Assembly: GCA_902559355.1 (NCBI GenBank)
Contig: CACEHM010000004.1
Coordinates: 18,679 to 82,678, forward strand
Direction of reading: 5' to 3'
From: an uncultured Gammaproteobacteria bacterium
GTDB lineage: Bacteria > Pseudomonadota > Gammaproteobacteria > GCA-002705445 > GCA-002716945
DNA: 64,000 nt
In this document: piece by piece, positions 37,619 to 48,298 of the stretch
How positions within the stretch are numbered: position 1 is the first letter of the stretch
How the letters are laid out: each line of letters begins with the position of its first letter
The notes under the pieces: generated by a model
What the model was told of the DNA's origin: nothing
What the model saw: only the letters and a program-made list of their open reading frames with translations
The model's database searches: none
Made by a program: the position numbers and the translations under genes

Positions 37619-38863
37619 TTAATCTTTAAATTTCGAAAAAATTAAAGATCCATTTGTTCCGCCAAACCCAAATGAGTTAGACAAAGCATAGTTTATATCG
37701 CAATCTACAGCCGCTTCATGATTAACATTTAAATCACACTCTGCATCCAAATTTGATACGTTGATAGTTTGATGGACTTTACTATTTAATATAGAAAGTA
37801 TGCAAACGATTGCTTCAACACCGCCAGCTGCGCCAAGCAAATGACCTATCATTGATTTTGATGAATTTATTATTAAGTTCTTTGAATGATCATTAAACGT
37901 CTTTTTAACAGCCTTTAACTCGAGAATATCGCCTGCCGGTGTTGATGTTCCATGTGCATTAATATAGTCGATTTTAGCTGAATCTAGCCCCGCATCTTTT
38001 AACGCTAAGGTCATGCAGCGAGATGCTCCTTCACCAGTTTCTGATGGTAAAGTCATATGATATGCATCCGCACTCATGCCATAACCATTAATTTCAGCGT
38101 AGATTGTAGCTCCTCTTTTTTTTGCGTGCTCTAATTCTTCTAGTACTAGAACTCCAGCTCCATCTCCAAGGACAAAACCATCTCTATCTGTATCCCATGG
38201 TCTACTAGCAGTTTCTGGAGAGTCATTTCTAGTTGATAGAGCTCTGGCAGCAGCAAAACCTCCAATACCTAAATCAGATGTCGCCATTTCAGCTCCACCA
38301 CAAATCATTACATCCGCATGTGAATATTGTATTTGTCGAAATCCCTCGCCTATATTGTGCGTACCAGTTGTACATGCGGTTACGATAGATAAATTTGGGC
38401 CTCGAAATCCATACTTAATCGATAAATTACCTGAAATCATATTAATGATCGTTGCGGGAACAAAAAATGGAGATATTCTCCTTGAACCGCTTTTTTGGAA
38501 AGTATCTCTAGTTGATTCAATATTAGGCAGACCGCCTATCCCAGATCCTATCGATACGCCTACTCTATTATAATCTATTTGTGATTCTAATAATTTTGAA
38601 TCATCGACAGCATCTATTCCTGCAGCCATACCATACTGCATAAATAAATCCATTTTTTTAAGTTCTTTTTTGTCAAAGTATTTCTCTGGGTCATAATCTT
38701 TGACTGATGCAGAAAATTTTACTGGAAGTTTTTCAATATCTAGAAAATCAATAGTTTGAGCTCCAGATTTCCCTTCTAATAAAGCCCCCCAAAATTTGTC
38801 CTTAGTAGATCCTAAAGGCGTGAGACATCCGATACCTGTGACTACTACGCGTCTTTTAGTCAT
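37619..38863 (-). CDS. fabF: 3-oxoacyl-ACP synthase II
   Basis: Active-site ACTTG, HGTSTPAGD, NSFGFGGTN. Confidence 0.95.
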   Translation of the reverse strand: MTKRRVVVTGIGCLTPLGSTKDKFWGALLEGKSGAQTIDFLDIEKLPVKFSASVKDYDPEKYFDKKELKKMDLFMQYGMAAGIDAVDDSKLLESQIDYNRVGVSIGSGIGGLPNIESTRDTFQKSGSRRISPFFVPATIINMISGNLSIKYGFRGPNLSIVTACTTGTHNIGEGFRQIQYSHADVMICGGAEMATSDLGIGGFAAARALSTRNDSPETASRPWDTDRDGFVLGDGAGVLVLEELEHAKKRGATIYAEINGYGMSADAYHMTLPSETGEGASRCMTLALKDAGLDSAKIDYINAHGTSTPAGDILELKAVKKTFNDHSKNLIINSSKSMIGHLLGAAGGVEAIVCILSILNSKVHQTINVSNLDAECDLNVNHEAAVDCDINYALSNSFGFGGTNGSLIFSKFKD

Positions 38864-38865
38864 AG

Positions 38866-39099
38866 TTATTGATTTGAATTAACGTAATCTATAGCTTCTT
38901 GTACGGAGGTAATTTTTTCAGCGTCTTCATCAGGAATTTCAGTTTCAAATTCTTCTTCTAAGGCCATTACTAATTCGACAGTGTCAAGAGAATCTGCACC
39001 TAAATCATCTATGAATTTTGATTCATTTTTGACTTCATCTGCTTTTACACCTAATTGAGTAACAATTATATTTTTTACTCTTTCTTCTATACTACTCAT
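38866..39099 (-). CDS. acpP: acyl carrier protein
   Basis: [19 protein letters not shown]. Confidence 0.95.
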   Translation of the reverse strand: MSSIEERVKNIIVTQLGVKADEVKNESKFIDDLGADSLDTVELVMALEEEFETEIPDEDAEKITSVQEAIDYVNSNQ

Positions 39100-39153
39100 T
39101 ATTGATTTCTCCTACCCGAAATTGAATTGATTATATTAAAATTATATGTATTT

Positions 39154-39882
39154 TTACATATATAAGCCGCCATTTACATTAATATTTTCACCCGTTATAT
39201 ATGTTGAATCTTCTGATAATAAAAAGGCTACAACTGATGAAACCTCGTCAGGAGATGCTATTCTTCCAAGCGGGATATTTTTTGTTAAAGCTTCAATTTG
39301 TTCTTCTGATAACGCTCTTGTCATGTCAGTGTCAATAAAACCAGGTGAAATGGCATTAACATTTATATTTCTTGATGATACCTCTCTTGCTAAAGACTTT
39401 GTAAAGCCTAAAAGCCCTGATTTAGTAGCAGAATAATTTGATTGTCCTGCATTACCCATCATACCCACTATTGATCCAATGTTAATTATTCGCCCTGCTC
39501 TTGCTTTCATCATGTCTTTAACTACTGATTTTGTGACTCGATATAATGATGTGAGATTTGTCTCTATTACTGTATTCCATTGCTCATCGGACATTCTCAT
39601 TAATAAGTTATCATTTGTAATACCAGCATTATTTACTAATCCATATATTACCCCATAATCATCTTTAAGTTGACTTACAGAGGTATTAATAGACTCTTGA
39701 TTCGTAACATCCATGACAATCCCTTTACCCATGAAATCTTTTAAAGTTTCTGTAATCAAATCGGCACCATCCTTACTTCTAGAGGTCCCAATAACTGTGT
39801 ATCCACATGTTGCTATTTTTTTAAGTATGTTATGCCCTATCCCTCTATTTGCACCTGTAATTAATATTATCTTATCTTTCAT
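39154..39882 (-). CDS. fabG: 3-oxoacyl-ACP reductase
   Basis: ITGANRGIG, NNAGI, NYSATK (YxxxK). Position is between fabD and acpP. Confidence 0.9.
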   Translation of the reverse strand: MKDKIILITGANRGIGHNILKKIATCGYTVIGTSRSKDGADLITETLKDFMGKGIVMDVTNQESINTSVSQLKDDYGVIYGLVNNAGITNDNLLMRMSDEQWNTVIETNLTSLYRVTKSVVKDMMKARAGRIINIGSIVGMMGNAGQSNYSATKSGLLGFTKSLAREVSSRNINVNAISPGFIDTDMTRALSEEQIEALTKNIPLGRIASPDEVSSVVAFLLSEDSTYITGENINVNGGLYM

Positions 39883-39891
39883 AATTTAATA

Positions 39892-40815
39892 TTATAATGC
39901 TTGCGATAACATTTTGATATCTTCAATCGACTTAGTTGGATATACATTGATTGATTTATCAAATCGCTTAACCAAACCAGACAATACGCTACCTGGTCCA
40001 ACTTCAATTATGTTGGATATATTGCTTGCTTTAAACTTCTCAAGAGTTTCAGTCCATCTTACAGGTGAACAAACTTGATTTGAAAGAACTCGATTTAGAT
40101 GTTCACCATCTTGGCTAACAGATAAATCATAATTATGTACGATATCAAAATTATTTTGATTAAAACTTAATTTACTGAGTACATTACTTAATTTGTCAGC
40201 AACGGGCTTTAGCAAACTTGTATGAGCAGCCAATGATACCGGTAATTTTTTTACTATTTTAGCTCCGGCACTTTTCAGTACTGGTGTAATGGCATCAACT
40301 GCTGATGAATGCCCTGCGATTACTGTTTGACCTGGACAATTAAAATTAACTGCTTCAATAATATTATTTTCTTTTGTTTCTTGTTTGCAGACTTTATCAA
40401 CTGAGGCACCTTCAATGCCTATCACAGCTGCCATTGCTCCATCAATGTGTTCCATTGCGTTAGACATAAGTTCTGCACGTTTTTTTACAAGCAACAAACC
40501 CTCTTTATATGTGAGAGCTCCATTTGCAACTAAAGCAGTATATTCACCAAGGCTATGACCAGCGCCCAAAGATACATTTAAAGTTACTTTATGGATTAAA
40601 GTTTTCCAGATAGCATAAGATACAGCTAACACAAGGGGTTGTGTGTATAAGGTATTATTTATCTTATCTTCATCGGCTATTATTGATGCAATATCGTAGC
40701 CTAATATGTCGGAGCCTTCACTAATAATATTTTTAAATACATCTATTTCTTCAAAACTATCTAGCATAGCTTTATTTTGTGAACCTTGTCCTGGGAATAC
40801 AACTGCAATTTTCAT
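39892..40815 (-). CDS. fabD: malonyl-CoA:ACP transacylase
   Basis: [13 protein letters not shown] start and GHSLGEYTAL. The ATG at 40815 shares one nt with the dapB stop (TAATG). The 20-codon N-terminal extension in the track is unlikely. Confidence 0.9.
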   Translation of the reverse strand: MKIAVVFPGQGSQNKAMLDSFEEIDVFKNIISEGSDILGYDIASIIADEDKINNTLYTQPLVLAVSYAIWKTLIHKVTLNVSLGAGHSLGEYTALVANGALTYKEGLLLVKKRAELMSNAMEHIDGAMAAVIGIEGASVDKVCKQETKENNIIEAVNFNCPGQTVIAGHSSAVDAITPVLKSAGAKIVKKLPVSLAAHTSLLKPVADKLSNVLSKLSFNQNNFDIVHNYDLSVSQDGEHLNRVLSNQVCSPVRWTETLEKFKASNISNIIEVGPGSVLSGLVKRFDKSINVYPTKSIEDIKMLSQAL

Positions 40816-41540
40816 TAAACGCTTTCCATGAAGTCTTTGTATGTATATAGTCCTGGTTTTTGATTTGCAATCCATTGAGATGTCTCTAAGGCTCCTTTTG
40901 CAAATATTGATCTATTAAATGCATTATGATAAATGATAATTTCATCATCATCTGATTTAAATGTAGTTTTATGGACTCCAATTTCACCCTCTTCCCTGTA
41001 AGCTTTGATATCTATGCTGCTAGCTTCGGTTCCTCGAGCATTTGCTATAACGTCTGCAATTTTTAGTGCAGTACCCGAGGGTGAATCAATTTTATTTTTA
41101 TGATGTGTCTCTTCAATAGATACTTCATAGTTTGTTAATAACTTAGATAAATCAGAAATTGATTGAAGTGATGCATTTACACCTAAACTCATATTAGGCG
41201 CGAGTAGCAATGGTATTTTTTCGCTAGCAGCAATTAAATATTTTTTTTGTTCGTCACTAAAGCCTGTTGTACCAATCGTAATAGGTTTTGAGATTTCTTC
41301 GCATGTTTTAACTGCTTTGATAGATGGTTCTGGAAGTGAAAAGTCGATGACCACATCAAATAAATCAGAAAATTTAGATAGATTATCAGTTAATGAAATT
41401 TCGTGCTGCAGATTTATTTTATCTTTTTGATCACAGCCTACGGTCACTTCAAATTTTTCTTTGTCTTTTATAGATAAGTTATAAATAGTTTGTCCCATTC
41501 TTCCAAAGAATCCATTTATAGCTATTTTACTTACATTCAT
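40815..41540 (-). CDS. dapB: 4-hydroxy-tetrahydrodipicolinate reductase
   Basis: [10 protein letters not shown] and [16 protein letters not shown]. Confidence 0.85.
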   Translation of the reverse strand: MNVSKIAINGFFGRMGQTIYNLSIKDKEKFEVTVGCDQKDKINLQHEISLTDNLSKFSDLFDVVIDFSLPEPSIKAVKTCEEISKPITIGTTGFSDEQKKYLIAASEKIPLLLAPNMSLGVNASLQSISDLSKLLTNYEVSIEETHHKNKIDSPSGTALKIADVIANARGTEASSIDIKAYREEGEIGVHKTTFKSDDDEIIIYHNAFNRSIFAKGALETSQWIANQKPGLYTYKDFMESV

Positions 41541-42658
41541 TTATCAAAAAATTCCTTAATACCATCTAACCATGACTTTTCATTTGGTCTATGCTTAGAT
41601 TTACTTTTTGAAAAGGATTTATCAAGTTGATTTAATAATTCTTTTTGTTCCTTTGTTAAATTAACTGGAGTCTCAATGTTTACCTTACAGTATAAATCAC
41701 CTTTATACGACGACCTTACTGACTTGACTCCTTTATTTTTGACCCTAAATGCTCGACCACTTTGAGTACCAGCTGGAACGGTTAATTCAACTTTACCTTC
41801 AAGTGTCGGTAATATTATCTTATCCCCCAATGTTGCAGAAGTGAAACTAATTGGCACTTCACACAATAAGTCATCTCCGTCTCTTTGAAAAAATTTATGA
41901 GGCTTAACTTTTACAGAAACATATAAATCACCTGCAATCCCATTATTAGGGCCTGCCTCACCTTCTCCAGATAATCTTATTTGATCCCCAGTATCCACTC
42001 CAGCTGGTATTTTAACGGCAAGTTTCTTAGTTTCTTGCCTAAAGCCTGTTCCTTGACAGTCTGGACAATGTTCTTCTATTACTGTGCCTCTTCCTTTGCA
42101 GACAGGACATGTTTGTTGAACAGAGAAAAATCCTTGGCTTACACGAACTTGACCTTGACCATTACAATGGCTACAAGTTTTCATCGCAGTACCATTTTTA
42201 GCACCAGTGCCATTGCATGATTTACAGTTAATTCTCCGAGGTACACTCATTTTTACCTCTTTGCCTTTAATAGCATCTTCAAGTGACACTTCTATACGAT
42301 ATTCTAAATCAGAACCTCTTCTGGGTTGATTTTGTGATCTTGAACCACCTCCGAATATGTCTCCAAATACATCACCAAAAATGTCATTAAAGGAGCCGCC
42401 TTGAAAACCGCCGTTTTGTCCAAATCTTTGATCTAGTCCATCATGACCGAATTGATCATAAGCTTGTCTTTTATTTTGATCAGATAAAACTTCGTATGCT
42501 TCTGACACTTCTTTAAATTTTTTCTCAGCAGCATCTTTATCACCCTGATTTCTATCAGGATGATATTTCATAGCAAGTTTTTTATATGCTTTTTTTAGTT
42601 CCTGCTCGGAGGCATTTCGAGAGACCCCGAGCAACGAGTAGTAATCGGCCTTAGCCAT
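41537..42658 (-). CDS. dnaJ: chaperone DnaJ
   Basis: J-domain HPDRN, a G/F-rich linker, and four CxxCxGxG repeats. Confidence 0.95.
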   Translation of the reverse strand: MAKADYYSLLGVSRNASEQELKKAYKKLAMKYHPDRNQGDKDAAEKKFKEVSEAYEVLSDQNKRQAYDQFGHDGLDQRFGQNGGFQGGSFNDIFGDVFGDIFGGGSRSQNQPRRGSDLEYRIEVSLEDAIKGKEVKMSVPRRINCKSCNGTGAKNGTAMKTCSHCNGQGQVRVSQGFFSVQQTCPVCKGRGTVIEEHCPDCQGTGFRQETKKLAVKIPAGVDTGDQIRLSGEGEAGPNNGIAGDLYVSVKVKPHKFFQRDGDDLLCEVPISFTSATLGDKIILPTLEGKVELTVPAGTQSGRAFRVKNKGVKSVRSSYKGDLYCKVNIETPVNLTKEQKELLNQLDKSFSKSKSKHRPNEKSWLDGIKEFFDK

Positions 42659-44610
42659 TATTTAGAATTTTCTTTTGGTTCGTCTTTATTATCTACAACT
42701 TCTTCAAATTCTGCATCCACCGCATCTTTCGATGCTCCAGAAGCGCCACTATTATTATCAGCTTCCGCTTGACCGCCAGCTCCTTGAGCTTGAGCCTGTT
42801 CTTGGTAAGCTTGTTGCGCAATCTTTCCTGCAACCTCAGTTAGCTTCATTGTTAGATCTTTAATTTTTTCACCATCATCAGATTTAACCGCCTCTTTCAA
42901 TGCATCTATTGCTTTATTTGTAGCTTCTACATCAGCCTTATCAGCTTTATCTCCCAAATCCTTTATTGCTTTCTCAGAACCGTTAATCATTGCTTCAGCT
43001 TGATTTTTAGCATCAACCAACTCCTTAACTTTTTTATCCTCTTCAGCATGTTTTTCGGCATCTTGGACCATATTATTAATCTCTTCTTCACTTAAACCAC
43101 TTGAAGCTTTAATAACAATAGATTGCTCTTTATTAGTAGCTTGATCTTTTGCAGAAACATTCAGTATTCCATTTGCATCGATATCAAAAGTTACTTCAAT
43201 TTGAGGTGTACCTCTTGGTGCAGGTGGAATATCTGATAGATCAAACTTTCCAAGTGATTTGTTACCAGATGCAACCTCTCTTTCACCTTGAAGAACATGA
43301 ACTGTAACAGCAGGTTGATTGTCTTCTGCAGTTGAAAATACTTGGGATTTCTTTGTAGGTATGGTCGTATTTTTATCTATCAAAGGCGTCCTTACTCCAC
43401 CCATTGTTTCTATACCTAATGTCAATGGGGTGACATCAAGTAACAACACATCCTTAACTTCTCCGCCCAATACACCAGCTTGTATCGCTGCACCCATGGC
43501 AACAGCCTCATCTGGGTTAACATCTTTTTTAGGTTCTTTATTAAAGAAATCTTTTACAACTTCTTGAACCTTAGGCATACGAGTTTGACCGCCAACAAGT
43601 ATAACCTCGCCGATGTCACTTACAGAAATGCCTGCATCTTTAAGTGCAATTTTGCAAGGCTCTAAAGTTTTTTGTACTAAATCATCAACTAAAGATTCCA
43701 GTTTAGCTCTACTAAGTTTTAGATTCATATGTTTAGGACCAGAAGCGTCTGCGGTTACGTATGGTAGATTAATATCTGTTTGTGAGCTTGAAGAAAGCTC
43801 TATCTTTGCTTTTTCTGCAGCTTCTTTCAATCTCTGAATAGCCAGAGGGTCTTGTTTAAGATCTATACCTTGATCTTTTTTAAATTCATCTACCAAATAA
43901 TCTATAAGTCTAAGATCAAAATCCTCTCCACCTAAGAAAGTGTCTCCACTAGTAGAAAGAACTTCAAATTGTTGTTCTCCGTCAATTTTCGTCATTTCAA
44001 TTATAGAGACATCAAAGGTACCTCCGCCTAAATCATAAACGACGACCTTTTTTTCATTTGTGTTTTTATCCAAGCCATAAGCTAATGCTGCAGCTGTGGG
44101 TTCATTTATAATTCTTTTAACATCAAGGCCAGCAATTTTACCTGCATCTTTAGTCGCTTGTCTTTGTGAGTCATTGAAATATGCAGGAACAGTTATTACT
44201 GCCTCTTTGACTTCAGACCCAAGATAATCTTCAGCTGTTTGCTTCATTTTCATAAGTATTTTTGCTGAAATTTCTGGAGGTGCAATTTTTTTACCGCTTG
44301 CTTCAACCCATGCATCACCGTTTGTATTTTTAACAATAGTGTATGGGACTAGATTAATATCTTTTTGAACTGCGTCTTCATCAAATTTTCTTCCGATGAG
44401 CCTTTTAATGGCGTATAGAGTATTTGACGGATTAGTAACAGCTTGCCTCTTTGCAGATTGTCCGACAAGAGTTTCGTTATCATCTGTAAAAGCAACATAA
44501 GATGGTGTTGTTCTGTCACCTTCGCTATTTTCGATTACTTTAGTTTTATTTCCATCAATAATTGAAACACATGAATTAGTTGTTCCTAAATCTATACCAA
44601 TAATTGCCAC
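42658..44610 (-). CDS. dnaK: chaperone DnaK (Hsp70)
   Basis: [32 protein letters not shown] start. Confidence 0.97.
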   Translation of the reverse strand: MAIIGIDLGTTNSCVSIIDGNKTKVIENSEGDRTTPSYVAFTDDNETLVGQSAKRQAVTNPSNTLYAIKRLIGRKFDEDAVQKDINLVPYTIVKNTNGDAWVEASGKKIAPPEISAKILMKMKQTAEDYLGSEVKEAVITVPAYFNDSQRQATKDAGKIAGLDVKRIINEPTAAALAYGLDKNTNEKKVVVYDLGGGTFDVSIIEMTKIDGEQQFEVLSTSGDTFLGGEDFDLRLIDYLVDEFKKDQGIDLKQDPLAIQRLKEAAEKAKIELSSSSQTDINLPYVTADASGPKHMNLKLSRAKLESLVDDLVQKTLEPCKIALKDAGISVSDIGEVILVGGQTRMPKVQEVVKDFFNKEPKKDVNPDEAVAMGAAIQAGVLGGEVKDVLLLDVTPLTLGIETMGGVRTPLIDKNTTIPTKKSQVFSTAEDNQPAVTVHVLQGEREVASGNKSLGKFDLSDIPPAPRGTPQIEVTFDIDANGILNVSAKDQATNKEQSIVIKASSGLSEEEINNMVQDAEKHAEEDKKVKELVDAKNQAEAMINGSEKAIKDLGDKADKADVEATNKAIDALKEAVKSDDGEKIKDLTMKLTEVAGKIAQQAYQEQAQAQGAGGQAEADNNSGASGASKDAVDAEFEEVVDNKDEPKENSK

Positions 44611-44673
44611 TTGTTTTCTCCGTATTATTAATTACAAAAGTAATATATGTACTAAAAGGTATTTTTCAAGTAA

Positions 44674-45213
44674 TTAATTTTTTATAACTACTACAAGTGC
44701 TGGCTTGATAACACGATCTACGAGTTTGTATCCTTTTTGAAGAACTTCATCTACGAAATTATTCTCTTTTTTATCATCTTTTATGGTCTTAATAGCCTGA
44801 TGTAAATTAGGATCAAATTTCTCATTAATAGGATTAATTACTTCTAGAGAATTCTTTTCTAACAGTGAGTCAAACATGTTTTTCAAAAGCTTATTTCCTT
44901 CCATAAGCTTGTCAGTTGTGGTCTTTTCCTGTCCTTGAGATATAGCAATATCTAAGGATTCGTAAATAGGTATTAAATCAAGGAAAATCCCCTCAGTGCT
45001 AAAGTTATAAGCATTATTGATTTCTTTTTCAGATCTTTTTTTAATATTTTCAACTTCAGCCTTTGCTCTTAACAATGCGTCGAAGGTTTCGTTGTATTTC
45101 TCTTCGATTGTTTGTTCCTGATCTTGCTCTTCTGTATCAATGTTTTTTGAAATATCATCAAGTTTTGATTCTTCGATATTGTTGTTATCTAAGCTATCAT
45201 CCTTATCAGTCAT
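44674..45213 (-). CDS. grpE: nucleotide exchange factor GrpE
   Basis: LLRAKAEVENIKKR and C-terminal GYKLVDRVIKPALVVV. Confidence 0.85.
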   Translation of the reverse strand: MTDKDDSLDNNNIEESKLDDISKNIDTEEQDQEQTIEEKYNETFDALLRAKAEVENIKKRSEKEINNAYNFSTEGIFLDLIPIYESLDIAISQGQEKTTTDKLMEGNKLLKNMFDSLLEKNSLEVINPINEKFDPNLHQAIKTIKDDKKENNFVDEVLQKGYKLVDRVIKPALVVVIKN

Positions 45214-45222
45214 ATTATCCTC

Positions 45223-46215
45223 TTATTTTTTCGAAAATATTTTAGCAGTAAAATCTACAATCTCAACTATTCTCTGATAATTCATTCTCTTTGGGCCAAT
45301 CACACCGAGTACTCCTACTGTTTTATTGTTTTTTTTATATGGTGCAGAAATTACACTACAATCTGCTAAAAGCTCACTTCCAGACTCATTTCCTATATAA
45401 ATTTGAATATTTTCATTAGATATACAGTTTGTCAAAATCTCTTTAAGAGTCTGTTTTTTCTCGAAAAGTTCAACAAGATTTTTTACTTTGTCAATATCAT
45501 AAAAATCTTGTGAATCTACAAGTTTCCTTTGGCCTGTGATGTAAAAGTCATCTACATCAGGGTATATAAAGTTATTTAAGACTTTCAGTGCTGTATCTAT
45601 CTCTCCTCTTATTGTCTCTAGACTTTTAGTAAGAATTTGAGGAATTTTTCTCAACTCAATACCGGAAAAATTTTCATTTAGATACTTTACGCAAGAATCC
45701 AACTTTTTAGAGTCAATTTTATCAATATCAATGATTTTATTATCTATTTGATTGTTGTCCATAATTACAACTGCTAGAGCTCTGGTTGAAGAAAGCTTGT
45801 GAATATCAAGTTTAAGAAATATCTTCTTATCGTTGTCTAGCGAGCCGATAACAGCAGCAAAATCAGATATTTCAGAAATAAATTCGCTGGTCGAAGAAAT
45901 GATACTATGTTTATTTGCATCAGAGTTAATAAGGTTTTTAATAGCTGCTTGTTCTTCAATAGATAATGGTTTTCTTCTTAAGTTATTATCAATATAGTGT
46001 CTGTATCCTTTGACAGTAGGTATTCTCCCTGATGAGGTATGAGTAGCTTCAATAAGCCCCTTACTTTCTAAATTATTAAGGTCTTTTCTAATAGTAGCTG
46101 CGCTACATTTAAGTTTAGATTTAGCTAATATTTTTTCTGAACTAATAGCCTCTCCTGTAGATATATACTCATCTACAAGGTTTTTTATTAATATTTTCTC
46201 TCTTTCTGTCAACAT
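45223..46215 (-). CDS. hrcA: heat-inducible transcription repressor HrcA
   Basis: N-terminal winged-helix LTEREKILIKNLVDEYISTGEAISS...SAATIRKDLNNLESKGLI. Position is upstream of grpE. Confidence 0.85.
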   Translation of the reverse strand: MLTEREKILIKNLVDEYISTGEAISSEKILAKSKLKCSAATIRKDLNNLESKGLIEATHTSSGRIPTVKGYRHYIDNNLRRKPLSIEEQAAIKNLINSDANKHSIISSTSEFISEISDFAAVIGSLDNDKKIFLKLDIHKLSSTRALAVVIMDNNQIDNKIIDIDKIDSKKLDSCVKYLNENFSGIELRKIPQILTKSLETIRGEIDTALKVLNNFIYPDVDDFYITGQRKLVDSQDFYDIDKVKNLVELFEKKQTLKEILTNCISNENIQIYIGNESGSELLADCSVISAPYKKNNKTVGVLGVIGPKRMNYQRIVEIVDFTAKIFSKK

Positions 46216-46242
46216 GAATAACTATTCACTATAATACCATTA

Positions 46243-47451
46243 ATGATAAAAAGACGAGATACATATAATGTTGATGTTGGCGGTGTAGTTATTGGGTCTT
46301 CAAATCCTATCCGTATTCAATCTATGACTAATACGCCTACAGAAGATGTCTCCGCAACAGTGGATCAGATAAAGTCACTATTCGATGCTGGGTCTGAACT
46401 AGTAAGAGTGACTGTAAATAATGAAAAAAGTGCTAAAAATATAATAAATATCAGAAACTTACTAATTAAATATAATTATAATCTACCTATCATTGGAGAT
46501 TTTCACTATAACGCTCACATACTTCTATCTGATTATCCTGAAGCTGCTAATGTCTTGGATAAATATAGACTGAATCCTGGGAATATTGGAACGTCTAGTA
46601 AGTATGATGATAATTTTGCAAAAATTATAGAAATTGCCATTAAGAATGCCAAACCTATCCGTATAGGCGGTAATTGGGGCAGCTTAAGTAAACAATATCT
46701 TGAGAATACTGTTATTGAAGGTCAAAAAGCAGATGATTATGAACATATCATTAAAAAGGGTTTGATAGATTCTGTTCTTAAATCTGCAAGTTATGCTGAA
46801 AAACTAGGGTTATCGTCTGACAAGATTATTTTGTCATGTAAGGTGTCATCTGTGCCTCAACTTATAGATGTTTACACTGAGATAGCTTCAAAATGTAAAT
46901 ATCCACTTCATTTAGGCTTAACTGAAGCCGGGATGGGTGATGAAGCCGTTGTCTCATCGGTTGCAGCATTATCAATTTTACTCAATCAGGGTATTGGGGA
47001 TACGATCAGAGTTTCTCTTACACCTGACAAAATGGGAATAAGGACTAAAGAAGTTGAAGTTTGTAGGAATATTTTATCTAGTCTTAATCTTAAACAATAT
47101 AAGCCTAAGGTAATTTCTTGCCCAGGTTGTGGTAGAACGTCTAGTAACTATTTTATAGATTTGACGAAAGATATAAATAATCATATAAATAACAGTATGA
47201 TAGAGTGGAAATCTAAATATATTGGTGTTGAGGAGATAAATATTGCAGTTATGGGCTGCATAGTAAACGGGCCAGGGGAATCAAAACATGCAAATATAGG
47301 CATAAGTCTGCCAGGTACGAATGAATCCCCTAGTGCACCTGTTTTTGTGGATGGCGAAAAAGTAACAACACTTAAAGGTGATAGCATCAAGGATGAATTC
47401 ATAGCCTTAATCGAAGAATATATAGCTAAAAATTACAAGAAAGTTAGCTAG
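46243..47451 (+). CDS. ispG: 4-hydroxy-3-methylbut-2-enyl diphosphate synthase
   Basis: IRIQSMTNT, CPGCGRT, GCIVNGPGE. Confidence 0.9.
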   Translation: MIKRRDTYNVDVGGVVIGSSNPIRIQSMTNTPTEDVSATVDQIKSLFDAGSELVRVTVNNEKSAKNIINIRNLLIKYNYNLPIIGDFHYNAHILLSDYPEAANVLDKYRLNPGNIGTSSKYDDNFAKIIEIAIKNAKPIRIGGNWGSLSKQYLENTVIEGQKADDYEHIIKKGLIDSVLKSASYAEKLGLSSDKIILSCKVSSVPQLIDVYTEIASKCKYPLHLGLTEAGMGDEAVVSSVAALSILLNQGIGDTIRVSLTPDKMGIRTKEVEVCRNILSSLNLKQYKPKVISCPGCGRTSSNYFIDLTKDINNHINNSMIEWKSKYIGVEEINIAVMGCIVNGPGESKHANIGISLPGTNESPSAPVFVDGEKVTTLKGDSIKDEFIALIEEYIAKNYKKVS

Positions 47452-48298
47452 GCTTAATTGTTACAACTGTGCGATTTGGATCTGTAATCCATTCACTCCA
47501 AGACCCCACATACAGTTTCGCATTTTTTATACCTGCAATCTCAAGTGCTAAAATATTATGACACGCTGTAATACCAGATCCGCACATTGAGATAATCTCT
47601 TTTTCTTTTAGATCATGCGCGATCTTATTAAAGTTATGTATAAGTTCTTCTTTATCTTTAAATTTAGCTGTTCTATCTAAGTTTGTTCCCAAGGGATGAG
47701 ATATGGCTCCAGGAACGTGTCCAGCAATAGGATCTACAGGATCGCTTATACCCTCGTATCTTTCTTTCGATCTTGCATCAATTAATATTGTATTTAAAAC
47801 ATGCTGTGCATTTTCAACATCTCTCAATGTTGCAATCATTTCATTGTTTATCTTAGGTTCAAAATATGATTTTTCAAATAAAGTAGGAGATGTAACAAGC
47901 TTATTTCCGTTTTTTACCCATGAATTTAAACCTCCATCTAAAACTGCGACATTTTCATGCCCTAGCCATTTTAACATCCACCACATACGCCCAGCAAAGG
48001 CTCCTCCAGCATCATCATAAATAACAGCTTGTTTATTACTATCCATACCCCAATGTGATAATTTGTCACAAAATGTCTCAATCTTGGGTAATGGATGACG
48101 CCCGGTACCTTGCTGTTTTTCACTCGCTAAATCAGTGTCTACATCTACGAAAATAGAGTTTGGAATATGACCCTCGGTATAAGAATCAATTCCGTAACCT
48201 CTATCCTTAATATCACAGCGTGAATCAAAAATAATAAAGTCTTTATTATCTACATTATTTTTTAGGTCTTCTTCAGATATTATTGTTTTATATGACAT
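47444..48298 (-). CDS. sseA: 3-mercaptopyruvate/thiosulfate sulfurtransferase (tandem rhodanese)
   Basis: Two rhodanese domains. Active-site loop CGSGITACH and EGHIPN. Confidence 0.8.
   Translation of the reverse strand: MSYKTIISEEDLKNNVDNKDFIIFDSRCDIKDRGYGIDSYTEGHIPNSIFVDVDTDLASEKQQGTGRHPLPKIETFCDKLSHWGMDSNKQAVIYDDAGGAFAGRMWWMLKWLGHENVAVLDGGLNSWVKNGNKLVTSPTLFEKSYFEPKINNEMIATLRDVENAQHVLNTILIDARSKERYEGISDPVDPIAGHVPGAISHPLGTNLDRTAKFKDKEELIHNFNKIAHDLKEKEIISMCGSGITACHNILALEIAGIKNAKLYVGSWSEWITDPNRTVVTIKPS

Noticed and set aside
39143-39162. Perfect 8-bp palindrome TATATGTA-TTTT-TACATATA spanning the fabG stop, as a possible attenuator before acpP. A similar AT-only hairpin TGATAT-N8-ATATCA-TTTT lies near 18511-18536.
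   Set aside because: The stems are almost entirely A-T, with one G-C pair at most. Predicted stability is low, and such palindromes are common in AT-rich DNA.
40816-40875. N-terminal extensions proposed by the longest-ORF rule for fabD. The same issue affects smpB (60809-60859), the DUF4149-like gene (48695-48742), hddC (15052-15078) and the first Fcl-like gene (10489-10512).
   Set aside because: Family N-termini align with the downstream ATGs. Several of those ATGs have a better Shine-Dalgarno sequence or form stop/start overlaps with the upstream gene.
42675-43837. Four short + strand ORFs (42675-42863, 43319-43567, 43480-43665, 43613-43837) inside dnaK.
   Set aside because: They are antisense to an unambiguous, highly conserved dnaK and have no recognisable features. 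Shadow ORFs.
46279-46290. ops/JUMPstart-like GGCGGTGTAG.
   Set aside because: It differs from the ops core GGCGGTAG by an insertion. It lies inside ispG, not upstream of the glycan operons.
45223-46400. CIRCE operator (TTAGCACTC-N9-GAGTGCTAA) expected for HrcA.
   Set aside because: Not found by eye near hrcA, grpE or dnaK. In many proteobacteria CIRCE precedes only groESL, which is outside this window, so its absence here is uninformative.
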